Shown: piece after piece, positions 22,855 to 28,085 of the stretch
Layout: each line of letters opens with the position of its first letter
How positions within the stretch are numbered: position 1 is the stretch's first letter
Assembly: GCA_905178155.1 (NCBI GenBank)
Contig: CAJINV010000032.1
Span: forward strand, 122,625 to 150,709
DNA: 28,085 nucleotides
DNA from: Amoebophrya sp. A120
Taxonomy: Eukaryota; Protista; Dinoflagellata
Direction: 5' to 3'
Translations under genes and position numbers: made by a program
The notes under the pieces: generated by a model
Seen by the model: only the letters and a program-made list of their open reading frames with translations
Told to the model about the DNA's origin: nothing
The model's database searches: none

Positions 22855-23031
22855 TATGCTGTGCAAAAGTATCGTACTCGTATAAATGCAGGTCTTGCAT
22901 TACAAATTTCTTTGTCAAGGCAAATCAGCATTACAAATTTTATTTCTCATGCTGAGAAAATTTGTAATGCATTTATACGAGTACGATACTCTGTTTGATA
23001 CACATTCTCACACTGAGCATCTAGACAGGAT
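22855..23031. mobile_element. Introner family D with damaged right TIR
   Basis: DR gcgca/gcgca; ~35 bp of foreign sequence in the right TIR; empty site at 17351-17355. Confidence 0.85.
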
Positions 23032-23441
23032 GCGCAATCACGGTTCTCTGCGGCCCTCGAGGGGGAAGCAAAATGCAATTATCGTAAATTTTGGTATAAG
23101 TTGTCTGCTGTGCAATCTTAAACTCATCGCTGTACAGTTAAAACCATTCGCTGAAACGGGTAATTATCGGATGTTAAAATCTACTGTTCTGAATACCTGC
23201 TGTGGCTTCGCGCAGGATATCATATGCTCAATTTTTGTTGACAATTTACATGAATCCGGTTGTAAAGTTGTATTTAGCATCTGCAGTCTTTCTGTATTCT
23301 CAACTTGGTAAATTGGTTTTGTGAAGTCGACATTAACTATTACAATCCAGCCATGGATGTACATGATGTTGGGTTTTTTGCGCTTGTAGTTTTCTCTTTC
23401 AAAATTACAGGGATTGAATTTTCAATCTGCGTCAATAAAAT

Positions 23442-26400
23442 TTATGGGGACAAATCCAACCCTCCCCGCGGATCATACGTCGAATGGTTCTGGTTGCGGT
23501 TCTGGGAGGTACTGGACGAGTTATTGTGCGAAGAGGTGTTTTTCGTGTTGTTATTTCCGGTTGTTTGGTCGACATCCATTGCATCGTTGCTCCCGATCAA
23601 CAGGCCGTTGTTGAGCAGTGCGGGACTACCGCCGGAGGAGCTTGAGGTTGCGCCGAACACGTTGTAGCGGTTGTTGTTGTACGACGAGGAAGCGCTGGTA
23701 CTACTGCCGAACAGCACGCCATGGGACACCGGGTTGGAGGAGGTAGAAGCAGCAGCAGCAGGCTGCACTTGGTTGTTGTAAAAGGAGGTTGTAGAAGGAG
23801 AAGCAGCTGCAGCTTGTTCTTGCTCCTCGTGGTTCAATTCCTCTTTCGCGATCCCGCGCGCCACCGCCACGAGTTTCTCCGCCTCCTCTTCGGCGTTCGT
23901 CGCGTGAATCTCGATTTCGGACTATCAAGCGGAAGTGCTCCCCCTCCCCATACTCGACGGAAGTTATTCCTATTGTTCCAACTGGAGGACAGCCAGTCTT
24001 CATCATGCCTGCTGTGTAACTATATTAGCGCACAAGCGCAGAAATAAATCTCTCCGGCATGACACCATCTTCTTTACCGCTTCAGCTTTTTCAGATCGCC
24101 TCAGATGCAAGTTGGTTGTACTCCGTGTAGTTTTTATCCAAACAACAACTTGAATGCTATGCAGATCGAAGCTTGTTTTTGGTGTAGGGAGGCTGGACGT
24201 TTCATTTTGGTATGTTGTGCGCTTGTCGCAGTGTGGCCATCTGCGAAATGGCCTCGCCTTGCTTCTTATGCATTGCAAATATGTCTGGGTTTGGAAAGTT
24301 GGTCGTGAAGCTTGTGATGCTGGTCTTACATTCCTATAAAATCTGTATCGCACCATCACCAACAAAAACTTGCAGCCTCTTTTATCATACAAAAAGAGAA
24401 AGACAGCTTATCATGCGAGCGGCGCATGAGAAAGCGTTCTGGCAAGGTGTCATGCTTGGCTGCATTTGCCAGTGACAGTGTCTCCATCACCCACCACACT
24501 TTAGCATCACAAATTTCTAAACCCAGACATATTTGCATCTGATACTTCTGCTTCTTAGCCACGAGATCCTCTTCGACGATCGATTTCCTGTGAATTGCAA
24601 ATATGTCTGGGTGTGGAGGATTGCAAAAGTTCGTCATGCATCTTTTGCTGCATCACGCAGATACGCTGGGATGTTGCGCGCAAGGAGCATATACAAGTTT
24701 TGCTTAGCTCTTTGAAAGGCTTTCCCGCATGAGAAACTCCCTCCTTGGGTAGCTGCAAGAAATGGGTCTCTCCTGGCGCTTCTGCAACACAAATTTTATT
24801 TTTCTGTGTGGTCGAGAGTTTGCATCACAGGTTGCAACTTTTCTGGACCCAGACATCTTTGCAATGCACACTTTCTCTTGTTCGAAAAAGTTATCCACCG
24901 GAAAACACTCCCCATCCCCTCGTCAACTTGTTAGTGTTATGGAGACGAAAAAAAAACAAGTTGACATCATGTATGGAGTGCGCCCGATTTTCCATTGGAT
25001 AGGAGCGTGGAGGCTGTCAGCGGCGTCTTTGATAACTACGATGGTATGGTGTTGCAAAGTGCACCCGAAGAAGAGTCTTGTCGAGAGCATGACTTTCTGC
25101 AGTTTGGGCACGCATTAGAAACAAAAATGTCCTGGTCGCTTCTTGTCGTCGTTCTAATATGCCAGTAGAGTGCCGTAATGTATTTCATACAGCGAATGAC
25201 AAAATGAAAAGTACCTGCAGCAGTGGTGCTGTTCAAAGAAGAAGTGAGTGCGTTTTGCAGCAACATATTAAACTATCGGCCGGAAATATCAGAGAAAAAA
25301 ACTGTTAGGATGTACGATTGATTTTTGGACTGTCGGCATCGGCATGACAAAGTTGCTCTGCATGGGAGAAAGGCCTTGTCATGCACATCCAGTAGCCATG
25401 TAAGAACGCAGAAGAACAAGTGGGCCTCACGGCTCTCTAGCATGACATAGTATGACCGTCTCACATGTCCAGCATCAGAGACCCTACAGCTTTTTCTCTT
25501 TGATACGAAAAACTCTATTGCCCACCAACAGCAGCCGGCATCAGAATCAAATGCAAGAAAGCTTCAGAATTGCTTCCATACGTTGCATGACAAGTTTTCT
25601 GTGGTGTTTACACGAGTTTTCCGCCCCATACTATCTTTCTGGTTCGCGGCGAGGAGTTCCCGTTGGCGCTCTTGCAGGGCTTGTAGCTCGAGGTTGCGTT
25701 TTGCCATCTCCCGTGCCCGCGGAGTGATGACCTTCTCGCGGATTTCGGTCTCCTGCTCATCGATCTCCTTGATCGATTTGTCCTTATTGTCGTCGTGCAG
25801 TCTGTACTCCGCCATGGCTTCCTCGATTGAGTTCTGGACGCTTTGCGCGTTCGCCACCGACCCTTTCAGCATTTTCATGTGCTCCTGGTGCTTTTTACCC
25901 AGTATCCCGCAGAAAAGTCAATCCAAACCAGAAAAAATAAAATGAATTTGTCATGCATTTTCACCAAATAGTTTTAACTAGCTGTCGCAGAGCGGGGCCA
26001 TTGCATCTGGTACAGAACGCAAATTCAAGGGCTTCTTAGGGACGAGTGACAGTGGTACCAAAAGAACTTTGTGATGCTCGACATGCAGGAGAAAACCCTG
26101 TTCCCTGTATCTTCGAATACTTCTGCATGACAAATTGCGACGCACCTTTTCCATGCCACACATCATGGTGACGCTGCTTCCTGTAGCCTTCGAATCTGCA
26201 TCGCCAAGTTCTCTAGAATTGGTTTGGGGTAAGGCAAGGGCGTGCTTTTCTGCAGGATATGCAAATCCTCTATCGCCTTGGTGGCCTCGTCCACTTTATT
26301 TTGTTGCGCCGCAACCTTCGCATCATGTGCTCGCTCTTTCGTTCCCCGTTTTCGCATATGCTGTGCAACCGTATCGTACTCGTATTAATCGCATTCATGC

Positions 26401-26542
26401 ATTACAAATTTTTGTTTCGAGTTAAATCCGCAATACAACAAGTTAAATCCGCAATACAACTCATGCTGAGGAAATTTGTCATGTGATTTATACTAGTACG
26501 ATGCTTTTGCATTTCATATTTCAGCTGCTCAGCACCGGGCTG
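23442..26542 (-). CDS. Gene 4: 3' part of a coiled-coil-rich hypothetical protein with Asn/Ser-rich tail; 5' end unresolved
   Basis: Exons ~26542-26519, 26351-26260, 25897-25631, ~25268-25208, 24886-24872, 24583-24545, 24261-24213, 23917-23442. Reads ...KAIEDLHKKHQEHMKMLKGS...EKSIVEEDLVAKKQKQGEAISQMATLRQAHNKIEIHATNAEEEAEKLVAVARG...DLSP-TAA. Junctions between 24870 and 25274 are approximate. Confidence 0.65.
23923..24212. mobile_element. Introner family F (diverged)
   Basis: TATCAAGCGGAAGTGCTCCCCCTCCCCATA start; DR decayed; frame restored (AHNK IEI). Confidence 0.72.
24267..24544. mobile_element. Introner family A
   Basis: Family A TIRs; DR cttct/cttct. Confidence 0.9.
24589..24870. mobile_element. 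Introner family A with TGT...ACA termini
   Basis: TGTGAATTGCAAATATGTCTGGG...CCCAGACATCTTTGCAATGCACA; right boundary +/-1 nt. Confidence 0.85.
24892..25207. mobile_element. Introner family F-like, right end uncertain
   Basis: TATCCACCGGAAAACACTCCCCATCCCC start; candidate DR aaagt at 24887 and 25208. Confidence 0.55.
25274..25630. mobile_element. Outer introner hosting a nested element
   Basis: TATCGGCCGGAAA|nested|AACTC pairs with GAGTTTTCCGCCCCATA. Confidence 0.7.
25287..25505. mobile_element. Introner family G nested in the TIR of another element
   Basis: TATCAGAGAAAAAAACTGT...ACAGCTTTTTCTCTTTGATA; DR ggaaa/cgaaa. Confidence 0.8.
25903..26259. mobile_element. Introner, singleton family (357 bp)
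   Basis: TIR TATCCCGCAGAAAAG/CTTTTCTGCAGGATA; internal GCATGACAA; frame restored (DLH KKH). Confidence 0.8.
26357..26518. mobile_element. Introner family D
   Basis: Family D ends; internal ~21-bp duplication AGTTAAATCCGCAATACAAC; DR tcgca/tttca. Confidence 0.85.
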
Positions 26543-26873
26543 TATAGTTTATTGTTTTTTAGTTGTAACAGAAGCCATATTATAGTCATATTTTCACTTC
26601 ATGTAGCTACGACAAAAAACATGACATGCGGGCCACTTATTTTTGCAAGATAGTAATGGACGATTTCAGCTGCTCTCGTTGACCCGGCCGCTGGTTTTCA
26701 TGCGCTTCGAGGTCCAAATCTAGTACATCACTCATGCATTTGATTACGAGATCATGGACTGCCGATCTTATTAAAAAGCAAAGTACTTACTACAGCAGGA
26801 GTAAAAAAGTAGTACTGACTGCTGCTTATCGAAAGAAAAAGCGACCCCAGTCCTTATGTTTTGACTCGAGTAT

Positions 26874-27128
26874 TATCACAAGTAAAAATGTCTGGGTCTG
26901 GAAACTTGTGCTGCTAGGAGGCGTTTCATGATGAGGCTACAAATGCTGGCTCAACATGACAAGTTTCTGAGCTCCTAGGTGTTGCCTATTCTGCACGACA
27001 AACTGCGCTTCTGCATCACAGAAAAACGGAGCTTCTACTGGGTAACGCGCATGACAGATTTGAGAGTCATGCCAGACAAGCATGACAAACGTGAATTCAT
27101 CCAGACCCAGACATTTTTGCATTTGATA
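26874..27128. mobile_element. Introner family A
   Basis: DR agtat/agtac; interior is the inverse of 11671-11923. Confidence 0.9.
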
Positions 27129-27201
27129 AGTACGTATTCAAACTGATGCTCTCGTCTCACATGGCTATCTCAATGGTAGCAAAAAAGGAAATGCAAGAAG
27201 C

Positions 27202-27618
27202 TCAGCCAGCAAAGCAATCCATGGGGAACGGGGTCAGCTTTTTCTTTGGATAATCTTTCTTCACGTAGCGGTTGCGGGGGTCATTCTTTTTGAGCTCGTC
27301 CAGCTTGCGTTTTTGCCTCATGATGATGAAAAATAGATCCTCTCGCACATTCGCTGTCTTCTTGAAGCATGCAGACAGGTACTGCCAAGGACGACGCCGG
27401 GTTGTTTGTTTGTAAAGATGCCAGTTTATGTGTGCTTGCTTGGGTATGTAGTTAAGCCCTGTCACACAACAAAAACTAGCAAGGTGCACTCTACTCACCA
27501 AACGTCGTCTCATTTGACAGTGCGTGCGGAAGCCTGGCGAAGTGTGCGAGAAGATGTTTTTCATGGTGATAGCCTCTTCTCGCTCTTTCTCGAGCGTTTC
27601 CAGCTTTGATTCAAGCCT
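27202..27618 (-). CDS. Possible coding fragments (3' end of another gene or upstream part of gene 4)
   Basis: Protein-like RLESKLETLEKEREEAITMK and REDLFFIIMRQKRKLDELKKNDPRNRYVKKDYPKKKLTPFP; exon structure not resolved. Confidence 0.35.
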   Translation of the reverse strand, partial: RLESKLETLEKEREEAITMKNIFSHTSPGFRTHCQMRRRLVSRVHLASFCCVTGLNYIPKQAHINWHLYKQTTRRRPWQYLSACFKKTANVREDLFFIIMRQKRKLDELKKNDPRNRYVKKDYPKKKLTPFPMDCFAG

Positions 27619-28012
27619 TATGAAACTAAAAAAAACCTGCTCCGCTCCATCAATCTACCCCTTCGAAGCAGTTAAAATGCATCAATCCGCACATGGGAGC
27701 GGCCTCTAGCGCCATGACAAAATCACGAAGCGGCGCTTTTTCATAACAACACACGCGCACCTCCCTGGCGTCTTTGCAACGAAAGACGGGCAAGAAGTCG
27801 GGTATAGAAATCGGTAAAAAAGGTGGCCGTCTGGTCGCAGCGCCAAAATCGCCCTGCTTCGAAGAGGAACGAAGAGAGAGAACTACAGAGGAAAGTTTGC
27901 AAACGGATACACTCGACCTGCGGCGTTTGTTGTGTTTTGGGTCAGTTGTTCAATGTTCATGCTCTACCGTGTTTCTGGTTTGTGTCTCGCACAGCGTTTG
28001 CATTACTGTGAA

Positions 28013-28085
28013 AGCCCAGATCGACAGCCCAGAGCGAGCGACAGCCCAGAGGGCGAGCGACAGCCCAGGGCGAGCGACAGCCCAG
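28013..28085 (+). repeat. Minisatellite, ~20-22-bp unit GCGAGCGACAGCCCAG(A/G), running off the edge
   Basis: About 4 copies read directly. Confidence 0.85.

Larger units (their letters stand above)
21350..23036 (-). pseudogene. Truncated paralogous fragment of gene 3 (matches 17061-17355) carrying four elements
   Basis: Spliced reading LRRLENIPAIDATVLLSSAAFLQTDPETGFPIMTVGLMLSSVTDEGQANRLQL versus gene 3 LRRLEGLPPIDATALLSSTGLQIDPETRFPMMTIGLTLSSVTDKGQANQLQL. In-frame TGA just upstream; similarity lost on both sides. Confidence 0.75.

Noticed and set aside
26-27122. Many short ORFs with motifs such as CKNVWVWK, FQTQTYL, NAKMSGSGR, PDPDIFA
   Set aside because: These are translations of element TIRs in different frames, not a protein family.
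769-27128. CRISPR array or bacterial REP interpretation of the recurring TGCAAAAATGTCTGGGTCTGGAAG
   Set aside because: Copies are inverted pairs bounding homologous interiors with 5-bp DRs, irregularly spaced; no cas genes or operon structure.
1-28085. Autonomous transposase, tyrosine recombinase, or group I/II intron
   Set aside because: No recognisable DDE, RepHel, recombinase or RT ORF; elements are too short and lack group II GUGYG/AY ends.

Overview
Eukaryotic genomic DNA, read by eye. About 50 short (145-360 bp) non-autonomous elements of at least 7 families interrupt four minus-strand protein genes. Most elements have TAT...ATA ends, terminal inverted repeats (TIRs) and a 5-bp direct repeat (DR), and they share an internal GCAT(G/C/T)ACAA motif. 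Removing each element plus one DR copy restores continuous reading frames without GT-AG boundaries, and elements occur in both orientations. They therefore behave as transposon-derived non-canonical introns (introners). This resembles what is known from Amoebophrya-type syndinian dinoflagellates, but the taxon is inferred. Reconstructed genes: (1) a CLK/LAMMER-like kinase with an Arg/Ser-rich N-terminus, running off the left edge; (2) a ~1,080-aa signal-peptide protein with 21-22 introns; (3) a 921-aa signal-peptide protein with 6 introns; (4) a partial coiled-coil protein. A paralogous fragment of gene 3 carries three elements at sites that are empty in gene 3. One of those holds a nested Helitron-like insert. 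Most ORF-track entries are artefacts of element sequence.
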